Source of the DNA: Guillardia theta CCMP2712 | Lineage: Eukaryota > Protista > Cryptophyta | Direction of reading: 5' to 3' | DNA length: 64,000 bases | NCBI RefSeq assembly: GCF_000315625.1 | Contig: NW_005434644.1 | Coordinates: forward strand, 512,998-576,997 | Part shown: in pieces, positions 24,194 through 38,869 of the stretch | Layout of the letters: each line of letters begins with the position of its first letter | Position numbering within the stretch: the stretch's first letter is position 1 | Notes under the pieces: model-generated | Told to the model about the DNA's origin: nothing | What the model saw: only the letters and a program-made list of their open reading frames with translations | Databases searched by the model: none | Program-made: the position numbers and the translations under genes

Positions 24194-25072
24194 TGCTACA
24201 ACCCAGACTTCGGAAGCAACGACTTTTCCACGAACTTGGCGGAGCAAGGAGCTAGCTGAATCAAGGGGATGGAAGCAAGTGAAGCAAGTCACTACAGGTG
24301 TATTGCTTGCCTTTCGAACGAGTTTCCTTGATCTTCGCTTAGTGCATGCCGCGCTTTGACTAGAGCACCTGCTCCTGCCCCTCTCCTTTCCCGCCTTCTC
24401 CTTCCCCTCCCTAGGCTGAGCTACGTCTTGTCCTGAGTCCGCCTCAGCAGGTGGTCTCGTCGGGTCCCTGCGCGGGCCCGGTGGCGGCGTGAGGCCCGCC
24501 GAGACCGGATTATCTGAAACTGCCAGGGTTGCATGTGTGTAACCGCTGTAACGGTGAGATTTAGACGAGGCTGCGGCGGCAGGGCGGTGAGCAGTAAGGG
24601 AGCGCAGGAGGAGGGGCAGCAGAGGACCGGACCCATGACGGCGAGTTGCAGGAGTCTAGAGCAGGCGAACCATGAAGACTGAGTGAGATGGAAGCGGCTC
24701 TGACTCGCGGGATCGTCTTGCGCGGGCATCGTGGATAACATGTTCAGTTGAACCGCTGACATCTCATCCCTGCCGAGTTGAACATGGATCTCATCTGCCG
24801 CTTCTAAGCGCGTTGACCACGTGATTAGAGTTGGAACGAAGAGGTTGGATCACTGGTGACGAATACAAGACTGTTGCTCATCACAACGTATCAAACGTAT
24901 CAAAGCACATTATTGGCTTTGAGGCCGCACAAAATTTACTGCATTCGTGATCTGTACACATTACGAAGAGCTCGGTGGCACATGCCAAAGTATATCATAC
25001 AAGCTTGAGGAGGCCAGAAGTTGAACATTGCTCTCAAATTCTTCTCATCGGAAGAACCTTTGATTGCTTACC

Positions 25073-28000
25073 ATGACCGACAATTCCACATGGAAGGTTG
25101 GGAGGAGGGTCAGAGTTATGTACGATGATGGGAAGTGGTATCCCGCTGGTGATCTCGTTATCGATGTCTTATTGATTCTTCATTCACATGTTCGCAGTTA
25201 TCAAAGCGTTGGACCCGAGTGCAGAGGAGCCGTACACACTAGAATTCGAAACAGGGGACGAAATCCAAACAAAGCTTCCCGACCCAGATATCAAAGCGCT
25301 GCCACTTGGCGCATGCTCCGTTTGTGACAAGGAGGATTGTTACGAAGGAGATCTCACTGTTTGCTGCAACGCATGTAGATTATCCCTCTCCCTTCACCTT
25401 ACATGCTTGTCTGACTCCTAGTGCAGGCAAGCTCGTCGTACACCAGGGTTGCTTTGGCATACGACCGTATCCTGGAGACGACCCTTGGTATTGTGATTTA
25501 TGCGGTATGATGCATCCTTGTCTTGCATACATTCTTGACGTTGCTTGCAATGTACAGCCGATGCTCCCGATGCGAATCCACCCAAGGCTGATTGTACGAT
25601 GTGTGTCCTGTGCGGGAAGAAGGTACTTCCTTGGCGCACAATTACAATACTAAAAGGAGCTATGTGGCAGGGCGGAGCTTTGAAACCAACCTTTGATGGC
25701 AAATTTTTTGCACATCTGTCTTGCGTGATATGGATACCAGAAGCTCACGTAGTGAATACTTCCACAATGAGTCCTGTCGAAATCAGACATATCCCCAAGG
25801 AGAGGCTGAAGCTCAAATGCCAAATTTGTAAACAGAAAGATGCTCCTTTTGACGCTCCTGTGCAATGTTACGAAAGCTCATGCTCTCGTAATTTTCACGT
25901 GGGTTGTGCACGAGCAAGTGGTGAAGGATACTACATCGCAATTTCTGAAAATGCGGAACCACAGGCCTTCTGCCCTCGACATGTACCCGAAGATTTCAAA
26001 AAGCTGCAACCCAAGCGAAAGAGGAACAGATCTTCAAGCTCAAGGATAAGGTCAGGGACATCAAATCAGGACTCAGCATCAAAGAAAGTTACTATAGAAC
26101 TGAACCCCGAGATTATGGAATTTGAGCGGAAGTTGAAGGAAGTCGAGGACGATAGGAAGAAGGAACAGAAAAAGCTTGATCTCATCTTGGAGCAAAGGAA
26201 CAGAAAATGGGCAGAACAGCGCTCACAGGAACAACAAAGGCTCCTTCTTGCAAGTTCTTACAAATATCTAGCCACACAGAAACCTCTGCTCGGTGCTGCG
26301 AACCCATATCCCGTAGGTGGCATTAGCGGTGCGCTCCCTCCAACTCAACAGAATCTTACTGGAATGGTTGCAACGGGCTCGATGTACCCTAACAATCCCG
26401 GTAATTTGATTTGCCTTTGATTTGCCGTGCTGAGCTGACATGTATTCGGTTGTGTAGGTACGCTGCCACTCTCGACCCCAGCGGCTGCACCTTCTGCGCT
26501 GGGTGTTACTCCACCGCAAGATGTTAATAATCCTTCTTATGTCAGTTCAAGTCTGCCGGTAGGCGGTCTACCAACAGCAACAGCCAACCCCTTAATGCCC
26601 AACGTTCCGAGTTCAGGAGCCATGGCAAGTTGGTACCCACCTGCTCTCGTTCCAAACACTACGATTACTTCTGGAATGCCGCTCAATAACAATATGAGCT
26701 TTGCAACACTCCTTGGTGCATCAACTCAAATGCAGAATGAGGAAGAGAGATTAAAAAGGCAACAAGAGCTAAAAGAATTGAAAGACCAGGAGACAAGAGT
26801 GAAAGAGCTACGAGAGGATGAGAAGAGGCTCAAAATCGAGCTGCAAGAAGCCAAAAAGCGGGCTCGAGAGGCCAAAAAAGAGGCAGAAGAGCGAGAAAAA
26901 CGGGAGAGGATGGAAGCAAAGCAAAGAAAGCAAGAAGAAAAGGAGCAGAATGCCAGAGATTCTCGTTCGAGATCTAGAGAAAGCCGATCGTCTGGTGTCT
27001 CGTCAGCTAGACGGCAGTCAGATGAGAATCTTGCTAATGGTTCCTCGACATCACGGTCACCAATGCCTGCTTTTGAGGAGCGTCCAATGCCTCAGAAGCC
27101 GCCCTCTGCATTCGCGATATTCAGAGACAAGATCAAGGACGATGTGAAGCAAGAACTACAGGCGCGAGGCGAAGATGTAAACTTCAGTACCGAGATGTCG
27201 AACAGGTGGAATGCCCTGTCCAAAGAGGAGAAAGAAAGCCTGTATGCAGAGGCATCCCGCCTGATGGCAGAGTATCAACAAGAATTGGAGCAGCGCCTTG
27301 AAGAAGACAGGCAGAGGAGAGAGCAGATGAACAACTTTCAATCGATCGGATACAAAAGAAGCAGAGTGCAAACAGACTTTTTTAATTCCGGTGGAGAATT
27401 GATACGATCTGATACCGATCCAACTAAGCGTAGTCGCAAACCTACGGTGCAGAAGAGGAGACTCACTCGATCTTGGAAAGCAATCGTCCTTGAAGCAGTC
27501 ATCCAGCTTGCCCCTGACTTCAGCACTGCATGTTCAATCTCTCAAATCATCAAACAAGCCTCGAAGAATTACCCCGCATTTGAAAGCCGTGCCGAATATA
27601 AAGTGAAGCAAACGTTGGACGAACTGGTTCGCGATGAGTACATCAACCGGTTCTGGCCAAATGCTGTGATTGAACTTGACGAGGACGACGTGGAATTTTG
27701 CCTACCAGATGGTGAAAGTGTTGTAGTTGCAAAACTTGCACCCGACTGTGATGAAATCAAGATGGAAGAGGAAAGCGATTTCTCTTTTTCAGACAGGTTC
27801 GATGACTCGAAATCTGAAAGATCGACTAAAGAAGAGGAGATCTTGTACTATGCACCTGACGGAGCGATAGATCTGCTGCCCGAGGGTGAAATTGCTCCTG
27901 TCAAAGCAAAGGAGGGACATTCTGAACACGAGAATCGTGCTGCACACAATGCTGCAATGAGAGCGCAGAGTTCCATATGTGATGGTCACAAAGCGAAGTT

Positions 28001-31000
28001 TGTTCTTTCACACTGGGAAAAGTTCGCTCCTTTCGTCCCAGAGCATTTGCGGTCTGTGGAAGGTCCTCTGGGCAAAAAGCTGGAGGCTGCAGTGAAGAAA
28101 TTGCCGATAGACAAGCCAGGCAAGGGTAGGAGGCAGGTTCACAGGCAGCCTGACTGCATCGAAGGCGGAGAAATGCATCCTTACCAACTCGATGGACTCA
28201 AATGGCTTGTCAATCAACACGATACGGGCGCAGGTGGTATTCTTGGAGATGAGATGGGGCTCGGAAAGACGTTGCAAGTAATATCCTTGCTTGGATTCCT
28301 GAAGACTGTGCGGGGAGAAGATGGGCCTCATATCGTCATTGCCCCCTTGTCTGTCATGAATAATTGGGTGACAGAAATCAAGCGATGGTGCCCCCAACTT
28401 CGAGCTGTTCCTTTCCATGGCCCACAGTCAGAGCGAGAAAGAATCAAGAGGGAGAAGCTCATCTACGGCAAATTCGACGTGATGTGCACAACATACGAGA
28501 TGCTGGTTGCGGATACGTACACCTGCCAGAGGTTTCACTGGGGATACATCGTCCTCGATGAAGCTCATCGAATCAAGAATGAAAAGACCCAAATGGGTCA
28601 AGCAGTGCGGAGGTTACGTTCCTCTCACAGACTACTGATCACTGGAACTCCTTTGCAAAATAACATGCACGAACTGTGGTCCCTCCTCAACTTCTTGTAC
28701 CCAGAAGTGCTATCGAATGCGGATACTTTTGACAAGGAATGGAAATCGAATTCCAAACCGGAGGAGGTTGAAGACAAAGAAACCGAAGACTCGAGTGAAG
28801 TAGAAACATCAACGAAGGAGAATGATGCTCAGAATTCTTCTCCGCTCAATGAAAAGTTGTTGTCAGCAGCACACGCGCTGTTGGGGCCGCTCATGTTACG
28901 GCGGCTCAAAAGCGATGTCTTGTCATCTATGCAGATCCCACCAAAGACTGAAATCAAAATTCTAGTTCCTCTCACAGAAATGCAACGATTCTGGTACTCC
29001 AAGATGCTTACTGGAGAATGCGCAAGTCTTGCAGGCAGTGGGCAAACGGACGCGTACAAGCGATTGAACTCACTAGTCATGCAGGTTTTCTTCACTATCT
29101 TGTATTGTAGAATTTTTGACGTCTGTTGTTTGCAGCTCAGAAAGGTGTGTAACCATCCCTACCTGTTTGAAGAGGCGGACGTGAACAGCGGATGGACCGA
29201 CGAGGCTATCGTGCAGGCTTCTGGGAAAATGATAGTGCTGGACAAACTTTTAACGAAGTTGCAGAAAGAGGGAAGAAAGGTTTTAGTCTTCTCTCAATTC
29301 ACCTCAATGCTGGATGTGTTGGGAGATTTCATGCACTTTCGAAGATACAAATTTCTTCGACTGGACGGATCGACCTCCGTGGCCCGTAGGCGATACGAGA
29401 TAGCTTGCTTCCAAAACCCGAAGTCTGACTACTTTGTCTACCTCATCTCAACGAGGGCAGGAGGCCTGGGGATCAACTTAACTGCAGCTGACACAGTCGT
29501 ACTCTACGACTCCGACTGGAACCCATCCATTGACTCTCAGGCTCAAGATCGTGCTCATCGCTTCGGGCAGAAGAAACCCGTCTCGGTCTATAGGTTGATC
29601 TCAAGACACACCGTTGAGCAGAGAATCCTACAGGTCGCAGAGAACAAAAGTTGTATGAACGCGATGGTCATGCAGGATGGCGGGCCTGAAATGGAGGGAG
29701 TGTCGGGCCCAAAAGGAATGTCCATGGCAGAGATCGTCAAGATGATTGAGTATGGGATGCGCTGCATCGTATCTGGCGACAATTCGAAGGACGTGGACGA
29801 GTTGAGAGCAGCATCCTTCGATGAGATCGTTGATCGAGCCAAGGCTGACCTAGAGAAAGAGCGCGCAGAATTTGAGGTAATTGAATGCTGCCGTTAGGAG
29901 GGTCGTGGATTAACTCGTTCGTTTGATCAGGCGGACAAGAAGCAGGCAGAGGACAGCGCGCAAGATGGTTCTAACGAGGACGACAAGGGAGACGAAGGCT
30001 CATCTGCCCTTGAAGGGTTGATCAAGGGGATCTCGACTGATGTCAACCAGGCAACTTTCAAGACAGCCAAAGAGCTTCAGAAGTCGATCGCTCAAGAATG
30101 GTCGTCATTTGCTGGCACCAAACGTCAAGTGCAGGCCCGAACTGTGAAAGTTGATGGCCATGATGTACTGAAGTGGAGTGTGGACGAGGAGAGGAACGCA
30201 CAAGCAGCGCAGAAAAAGGCCGTGGAGGATGCCGCAGCAAAGCACGAATCGAAGATGGAGAAGAAGTTCAAGCATCAGCCTTTCTGCATCTTGTGCCATT
30301 GCGCGGATGTATCCGATCTCAACACAGGTGATGCTGTCGAGCATCATCTTCAACGGCCGGAGCTCAATTGTGTGCGATGTCCGACCAGCATGCACGTCGA
30401 CTGCACTCCTGGGTGGAGTGTCGTGCAGATAAGGAATGACGGGACTCGGAGGCAGGCAGTAGGAGGATGGGTGTGCCCTCACCATCGGTGTAAAGTTTGC
30501 TGGCGAACTGCTCACGAGTCGGGCGGTCTTCTCTTTCGCTGCGTTGCCTGCCCGACCTCGTTGTGCGAGGAGTGTCTTCCGGAGGGATTTGAGCCTGTTG
30601 CCTCCCAGCAGTTCTTCGGGAAGTTGAACTACGCGATGCCTCGATCCTTCGAGACCATCCGCTGTGACCGATGCGCCGTCATCGAAGAGCAGAAGGCCAA
30701 CGTGAGGAAAGACGTGAACAACTTCCTGAAGAAGTTCCCAAGGTGGAAGAAAAGTGCAGACCCGATGGGCTACAGCGCTATGAACGTTCACTTCAGCGAG
30801 AGATTTCCTGCAAGCATGCGGCTCAAGTTGCCCGGCAAGGGGAAGTCAAAGGGAAAGAACAAGGCGCAAGTTGCAGATACGAGCAGCACAGAGATGGAGC
30901 CGAAACCGGTTGAAGTTCTTGCGGATGGTGAGTGGTGGAAGGCGTTGATCGTGAAGAAGGAAGGGGACAAGGTGCTGGTCAAATATGATGGGGGGGTAGA

Positions 31001-31906
31001 CGAGGAAGACGAGTGGATCGAAGAAGGAAGCGACAGAATTCGTGAGCCTCAACCTGAGCAGGTCAGACTCTGGTCAGAGGTCCTGCACGAATGGCGCCAT
31101 GGCCAGATTGTTGAGAGAGTCCGAGGCTGGGCCAGAGTCACGTGGCCCCAGGACGAGGAAGGGGAGTGGGTCCCCATGAGCAGCAACAGGCTGCGTCGGG
31201 AGGGAGACGGGGATGAGAACCCTCCAGCGGAAGGACTTCGGGACCTTGAAGCGGAGCTGATTGCCAGTCAGCAGAAGAGCAAAGCCGAGAAGAAGGATAG
31301 GCATGAGAAGAAGAGCAAGAACGACAAGAAGAGCGATGCCAAGAAGGAAAAGAAGAACAAGAAAGTTGAGCAGGAGGACGTGAAAGAAGTGAAAACGAAG
31401 AAATTGAGCATCAAGCTTCCCAAGAGCAAGAAGCAGCATGACAAAAAACAGGCTGGATCCAGGGACGAAGTGACGGAGGCAGATGGTGAACCAGTCGGGA
31501 AGGCGGCGGAGCAGGAGAGTAAGCGAGACAAGAGCGAGGAAGCGGAGATGGAGACTAAGACTTCAGGAGCTCCAAGTGCGAAGAAGGAGAAGAAGAGAAA
31601 GTTCTCGTCTGAGGATGCTGAGCCATCGCCCCCATCCAAGAAAGCCAACAAGGAAATCGACCCTGCTCCTCCCAACGAGGTGACCTCCAACTTGCCTCGG
31701 GCCCCTTGTTCTCACTCAACGATTTTTACAGGGAGAGCCAAAGGCACCAGGAGAAGTCAAAAAGACTCCTTCTAGCGACCTCCCCTCCATCCCTAAGAAG
31801 GTGACCTGGTCCTTGTCTTCCCGTCTCCTCACTCCTCCCCTCGCAGAAACCTGCGGCTTTCTCCAACTCCTCGTCCCTGCCGCCCATCCCCAAGAAGGCG
31901 AAATGA
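25073..31906 (+). CDS. SNF2/ISWI-like chromatin remodeler with Tudor, PHD/ePHD, HMG box, H15-like, NSD-type PHD and tandem Tudor/Agenet-like domains
   Basis: ILGDEMGLGKTLQ, VLDEAHRIKN, LITGTPLQNN, QLRKVCNHPYLF, STRAGGLGINL, QAQDRAHRFGQ; PHD exons (GGALKPT..FAHLSCVIWIPE); PQKPPSAFAIF..W..LSKEEK; WVCPHHRCKVC. Start may lie further upstream. Confidence 0.9.
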
Positions 31907-32749
31907 TGTAAATACCCAACGTGCTCGCCAGCGCCTCTGCTTCGACATTCTTCTCTGTGTATTTGTGAAACCATTCCACGTCTACTGGCGAGAAGCTTCC
32001 TCTGTTAATCCTTCTCTTGAGCATATGAAATGATTGAATCCTCTAAAGCACCTTGAGCAACCGCCGCTCTTGCGACTTTTAGTTAGCCGGAGTTTAGGTT
32101 CAGAGGATTTTAGTTAGCTCGGGGCTCTGAGGCGGCCTGAGGCAAACTGGAAGTTGAGCATAGGGCCGCCATGCCGATGGACGGGGGCGGAAGCGCGCAT
32201 GGCGGATAAGCAGACGACAGCATGACGAGGTACCAACACCGAAGAGGAGGAGAGCATGTCCTGCAGGTAGCAGGTGGATGTTTGAGCTGATAGGAGCTCG
32301 TGCTCTTGCTTGTTGCTGCACGTCAAGATACAACTGAAAGCAGTCGACCGTTGGGAGTGCAGGAGAAGAAATGGCAGTCTGACGAGACTGGATGTGGGGG
32401 AGGACAAGGAATGGAGGGATGAGGAGGCTATGAAGGGACTAGTGAAGTAAGAGGAGGATACTCGTGGGATCGTCTGCTCTGCTCGCAAGGCTGAGAGTGG
32501 CGAGATGTTGTGTTCGAGGATTATGGATGAGGAGAAGGCGGCCGGGGAGGCAAGCAGAGGAGAAGGAGCAGTTAGGAGTGAATGAAAACGAAGCGAGCAA
32601 AGCGATGTTGAATCCGATGCGATTGACTCGACCGTGACAAACAGCAGGACAAAGAAACGCTCGAGCACGGGCCAAACGAACGCGGCGAGGAGTAACGACG
32701 GGAGGTAAAGTGACGGCAGAGAGCGCTGGAGGTGATGAGGAAGCAGGTC

Positions 32750-34408
32750 GTCATCAAGAAGTGACACGAGGGATGTCAAGGACGCTCCTCCTGCTGCTTC
32801 CTCGAGGTCCTTCGCGCAGCCTCGTTCCGTCCCCCGCGACTCCCTCAGAAGACGACAAGAATTCAGCTTCGATACTCCCAAGAGCATTAAGGTGAGGTGC
32901 TCCTCCTCTCCTCTCGCAATGACTTTCTCCTCTCATGACAGCTGCAAATGCCTGCACCAGACTTCGAGATGAACGACAAGGTCATCGAGTCCAACCTCAT
33001 CGCGTTGAAACGGCAAGCCCCTCACGCTACACGTGCGCGTCTGATTGCCCGTCTCGGTCAGGACAAGACACAAGCTGAATGTTCACCGAGGAGGCGCAAA
33101 GCGATTCTTTCAGATGTGGGGAACTAACAAGAATGGACGGCTGTCGAGGGCTGAGATGTTCGAGGGGTGAGAAGGGGGGCGGGCGCGGTGATCGTGTGTG
33201 AACAAGGTGCGTTCAGGTTCAAGAGCTTGAACTTGGGATTCAGTGATGCTCAAGCCGACTTCCTCGTCAGAGCCTTCGACAAAGACGCATCCGACTCAGT
33301 TGAGTGAGTCTCTCTTGAGATGCAGGCGCATGACTGACCGGAGATTGCAACCCTGCGTCGTCAAGATATCATGAGTTCTGCGAAGTAGGCGGAGGTCTGC
33401 ATGGGTCTTGGCATCTGACAAGTTTGTTCCCAGATGATGGAATTTCCTGACGACCAGCTGAACAGTGAGGTCATGTCCAACAGCCTTCTCAATCCAGAGA
33501 AAGCTGTCTATCCTGTATGGACCTCCTTCAGTCATCACATGGCTAACCAAAAGCTCTGCAGGACGGTTGGCAATTTACGCCTATAGAAAAGAAGAAGGCA
33601 AAAGATTTACAAAGTCGACTGCGTGACAGAATACATCAAGTCTTTGGAAACAATCCTCGAAACATCAGAGAAGCGTTTCTCTCCATGGTAGGATCCTTGT
33701 TGTCGAGGAAACATCATGAAAGCTTTTGTGGCTAGGATAAGGAACGGGCAGGATTCTTAACCAAAGAAGATCTCAAGGAATTTGTTGCTCACATGGGGAT
33801 CAAGGACCTTGATGAAAATCTCGAAATCATGCTCGCTTGCAATCTAGTCCCTGACGCTGCCAACACCCCGGGGCCAGGCATCTCCTACAATAAGTTTGTT
33901 CGCTTCTTCGAACCGGAGCCAGTCGGAAGTTTCAACCCGTAAGGCGAGCAGGGCGAGGTCTCTCTCGTTGAAGCATGCTCTTGCCAGGTTCAACCCCGGC
34001 GTGAAGATCCCTGGCCTCGAAGCTGCTCCTAAGCCGCTCTTGACAGAGTCGCAAGCACCTCCGGAGATGATGCTCAAGTGGTCAAACTCCTACGGGCGGG
34101 ACAGGCGCTACTGCTCTGTCTTTCCTGACGTCTACACGAGCCCTCTCCGCCCAGGCTCATGTCCGCCTGACTTCTCGGACAACAAGGACTTCGATCAGAT
34201 CTGGGAGTGGAAGAAGTTCGGCAAGATCGTCGGGCGAGAGCTCAACTCTCTCAAGCCCTCCAAGCCCATCCCCCCCAAGGACTCCGTGAGCTCCTCCCCT
34301 GCCTCCTCCTCCCCTGACCCTCGGCACAGGCTGGCTACTCGCTTCGGCCAAGGTTTCACATGCAATCCAACGAGCTTAGCCTGGAGCGCATGGGGTCGCC
34401 TGACTTGA
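32750..34408 (+). CDS. Multi-exon EF-hand (calcium-binding-like) protein; ends uncertain
   Basis: Reconstructed exons read TNKNGRLSRAEMFEGFKSLNLGFSDAQADFLVRAFDKDASDSVE and DKERAGFLTKEDLKEFVAHMGI. Confidence 0.6.
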
Positions 34409-34640
34409 CTTCCACTTCCCCTCCGCACAAGTTGCGGATGACCAAGAGCCGATCTGACCTTGTGAGCGAGAGAGAAGCAAGGTTTCAAGAGAAGAGCAAG
34501 ATACTGCGAGAGACCTGGCGATCTCGAAAAAGAACATGACACACAATGATGGATGCAGGTGTGATCCTGTCACACCAGGAAAGACATTCCTTTATTGTTT
34601 CTAACTCGATGAAAGATCGAGAATACAAAGGCTGTTCGTC

Positions 34641-35785
34641 CTATTTCTTGCACGTCTTGAGATAGTCCTCCCAAACTTCATCGGAGGCTCCGAAGACAAG
34701 CTTTCCCGTCGTTCTCCTGCTCTTGAGAGTATCGAACGCACTCTTGACCGATTCTTCAGATCCTAATTTCAACTTCTCGTTCGACGCTCTCTCGTCCACA
34801 ATCTGTACCTTGAAGTCAGTCTCTCTCAGTCTACAAGCCTCCCCCTCACCGATCGGAGCTTTCCTTGCACGCACATGTCCGCTAGGACCGCGAGGTCTTC
34901 CGCCGAGTGGTTGAGCATGTGTAGCTTGTAAGCCGTGCGCTCGATGTTGAACGGCAGCACCTTGCTAGCCAAGGCACGAATCCAGTCAACGATGGCGCCA
35001 TTGATGCCGACGTACATGGGCCTCTTGGCTCCGTTGGAGTTCAACGGCTGTGGAAGAGGAGAGCGACGCTTCTCGCGGAGGAGAGGGCGAGCGAGGGGCT
35101 CATAGTCGGTGTCGTGGGGTTCGGGGCTAGAGACAGTGTCGTAGATGCAGTCGAACTTCTCGTCCTCGCTCTGCAGTTTGGGGACAGGGCCTTGGGAAGT
35201 GTCGTAGTTGTGCACAAAGTCTGCACCGAGCGACTTCACGAGGTCGGCGTTCTTAGTGGAGCAGATGGTGGACACATGGCAGCCCATCGCCTTGGCGATC
35301 TGAATGCCCGCAGTGCCGCAACCGCCGCTCCCGCCGATGATGAGGACTCGATCTCCTGCTGTCACTTTCCCGCAGTCTCTAAGGCACTGCAGGGAAGTGC
35401 CAGCTGCGGTTCCGAGCATGGCGGCCTCGATGTGAGAGAGCTGCTGGGGCTTCTTGGCGACCTTGCTAGGAACACATTCGCAGAACTCCGACAGACTTCC
35501 ACTCTGCGAGTAGCCGAAGACTTGGTCGCCCACCTGGAACCCTGACCCCTGAGGTGCGTGTACCACCTCTCCACTCACGTCAATCCCTACCCCCTTGCCC
35601 TCCACCCCTGAGCCCGGGATCGCGGGAAGCTTGTAGTCGATCGGGTTGATAGAGGCTGCCAGCACCCTCAGAATGATCAGCTTGGATCCTGGCTTTGGGG
35701 TCGCGACGTCTTTCTTGAATGCAAAGCCGCTGTCGCTTCGCTTGTCGTACACAACTGAATGCATGGTGGCAGGGAGGTTCGCCAT
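34641..35785 (-). CDS. MDR-family NADPH:quinone oxidoreductase-like protein (RTN4IP1-like subgroup)
   Basis: VLAASINPIDYK, GIDVSGEVV, VLIIGGSGGCGTAGIQIAKAMG, last exon AFDTLKSRRTTGKLV. Confidence 0.88.
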
Positions 35786-36426
35786 CCTGCAACAGCAAAT
35801 GTCATCCAGTTGGAGAGGCGAAAGAGATGCTGCGCCTCGTTGGTTTGCTTCTGCTCCCTCTTGCCGCTTTATCCTTTTACATGTCACGTAAAGGTCTCCA
35901 TCCAAACCAGAGCTACTAAGCCCAACCAACCGCTTCTTCTTCCCTGCTCCTAGCTTCGTCTCCCATCCTCGCTTTCTCCGATGACCCTCTATGCCCCTAA
36001 TGTCCAGCCAGGATGGTTCTAATCGGCATGGAGTGTTCTTGTCCTTGCTACAACCTCGCTGTTTTCTTTCCGCATCCTCTCCTGTTCCCTTCGCTTCCTG
36101 TTGTCTCCTGGACCTTGAAGTACCCCACCTTACTATCCCCGTCAGCATAGTATTTTAGTACCGGTGCCTATATAGCAATCTTTGGCGTCCAGGTGTAGAG
36201 CTGGTGTCGAGGGAGGGAGGGAGAGGAGGCAGGAGGGAGAGGGGGGAGGGAGGGAGAGGGGGGAGGGAGGGAGAGGGGGGAGGGAGGGAGGGAGGGAGGT
36301 CAACAAGATTGAGCAATGGAGACTCGGATGAAGTTTGATTCAAGGCTTGCAATGTACATAGTCAAAATCCCACTAAGAAAATTGAAGTTTCGAGTATGAA
36401 GAGTACTATTCGCACAGTTCATGGTA

Positions 36427-38824
36427 TCATGCCCACTCCGACATGTCAACGAAGTGAGAACAGCATTGGTTCGGAGTGTAGGCGATGGGATCGCGCCTAG
36501 AATGGTACAAGGCAGGCATCGCTCCCCCCCACGAGTCCACGTTCACGCCAGGGAGTCGGCGTCTATCCCTCAGCAGCGCCATCTTCCCCTCCACTGACTG
36601 CGGCTGGTCCCTGATGAGCTGCAACGTTGTAAGAAGAGCACGGCATCTCCATCAAGCTACCTTCATCCTCAGCCATGGGGCCGGCTCGGCAGCCACATGG
36701 CCGGGCTGAACCACTGCAGGCCCATATTCGAACTTGTTTGGATGCCTCTGACCTGCGGCTTCCGTACCCTGGCAGAAGTTAAGTCACGACCGACCTCCAG
36801 CAGACAGCATAACCAACCGTTTCTTCCACCACCCTTGCCGCGCGATCTTCCCCTACAAGATTCCTGAGGATGAAAACGTCAAGAGAAGAATCTCGAGAGA
36901 CTGATGGCCGTCACCTCATCGCTGACGCAACACCTTCCACGATCTGCTCCGGAGCCGTGAGAGGTTTATGCCGATCCTACAGCACAGCGTTAGGAACCAT
37001 CACACTTTAAGAGATGCACCTGATAGGGTTTCTTGATAAACATACGTCCGTCTCCTGTGCAAGCTTTTGGAAAGTCCTTGTCGTGCTTGTGCTACAAACT
37101 GACTTCAGTTCGTTAACCAGAAGAATCACACCAGAACCACCTGATGTAGGCACCATTCAAACTCTGTTTTGTTGAAGGCCTTCTTGAAGACTTGTCTCTG
37201 CAAATCTCTTTCAGCGTGCAAGTGACATCCTGATTCAAGTTCCCACCCTACGAATCTCAGCACGGCGAAGATTGAACTGTTGATGAGCTTCCCCAAGGGT
37301 CTGTAAACAAGAGATTCACGATTGTTTTCTTTGGAGTCGCAAATGAGACAAGGGATATTAGAGTAAATAGATAGTAGCCGAAGCCCCAAAATGACCAACT
37401 CACCAGGGATTTCCTCTCTTCTTCTTCATACTTGGCATACAAATCATCGCCCAGAAGGTGCCTGATGGCTTCTTCACTTGGAGGGAATTCCTGTAGGTTT
37501 GCGTCAGAAGTTTCAGTCAAATGCTCAGCTTGCCGACCTCTAGATCATCAGTCAAGTTTTCCATAGGGTACTTCCCTGTTGCCACGTCATACCCATACGT
37601 CCTCAAAGTTCTCATTGGGACAAGCTAGTGCAAGGGTCAGAGAAACCCTCATATTTGAGATCTTAGCTCAAACTCTTACCTGCAGGCAGCTTGCATTCGC
37701 GTTGGCTATATAAGATGCATTCTCAGGATGGAAAGAAGCATTCACGGTCACATTGGGAATGCATCCCGGAATACGTTGCCACTCCCACTAAAACGTAGAG
37801 TCACACCAAACAGACTAACAATACTCAGAGGTATTCGAACCTGAAGATGTTGTTCGCGAAGCTTCTTGAGGCAGTCATCTAGATTATCATTGGATTTGAA
37901 AACACACCATCTATACTGTTGATAGAGATTTTCAACATCCGTGTCAGGATCTTTTAGCACTTCCTCCTCTTCGTATGGTTCGCCCAATCCCATAATCTCA
38001 GTTTCCCTCAAAAGTCTTTCCAGTTCGGAGGGGTCGGATTCCACATACTTCACACTTGATTCATTTCGGAACGAGACTGGCAAACCGAATTGGTTGGTCG
38101 CAGCGAGGTATGCCTCGTAGGCGGACCAAGTCTGGAATGAATCGTTCTCTTCTGGACAATCTGCACCGACACAATAGAAGCCTCGCCATACTGCATCTCG
38201 CTTTCCCTTTGACTCTGCTTGTCTTTCGACACCATATGGGTCTGTCGTCGTGCTGTTCCGTTTGGTTCCATCGACGAGAGGAGGTTGCACTTGAAAAGCT
38301 AGTTGACCTCCACGTTTGACACGGAATGGCAAAACATCTTTCAGCTTGAGCTTCGCTAGTCTTTTTGCCACCGCCGTCTCTTCTCGTTTCAAGATTGCGA
38401 GATTTTCTTTCAGTGAATTCCCGCTGCGAAGATACTTGACGGGCAGACGGTCATGTGCATGTAGCTTGGAAACCTCAGCTAACAGAGTCTCACGAGCACC
38501 TGTCACTTGCTTGGTAATAACCGGAGATGACGAGCAGCATCCAAAGGATATGAGTGATGATGCATAGTCTCGCGCTCCTGAGCTCATGCGAACTTCGTCA
38601 CAAACTAACCTGCATGCAGACCTGCAATGCTTGTCGGCTGCGCAGGCAGGAACATGCATCAAGCTTTGGATTGTGAGGAGCTCAGAGCTGCCAAGAGGAG
38701 CGGACATTGAGTCGTTCTGAATCCTTTCCGTGTACTGCTGGATTGAGATACAGACGATGAGCAGCGCGAAAGCGATCGCCATCGCTGAAACCCCCGCTGC
38801 CTTCATTGCCCCACCTCTCGCCAT
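36427..38824 (-). CDS. Hypothetical multi-exon protein with an N-terminal signal anchor
   Basis: 365-codon first ORF with hydrophobic AMAIAFALLIVCISI and Cys cluster CAADKHCRSACRLVC; a run of short minus-strand exons continues to about 36427. Confidence 0.55.
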
Positions 38825-38869
38825 TGCCCCAACACGTCTCTTCAAAGATAACGACTTCTGTAACGGTGA

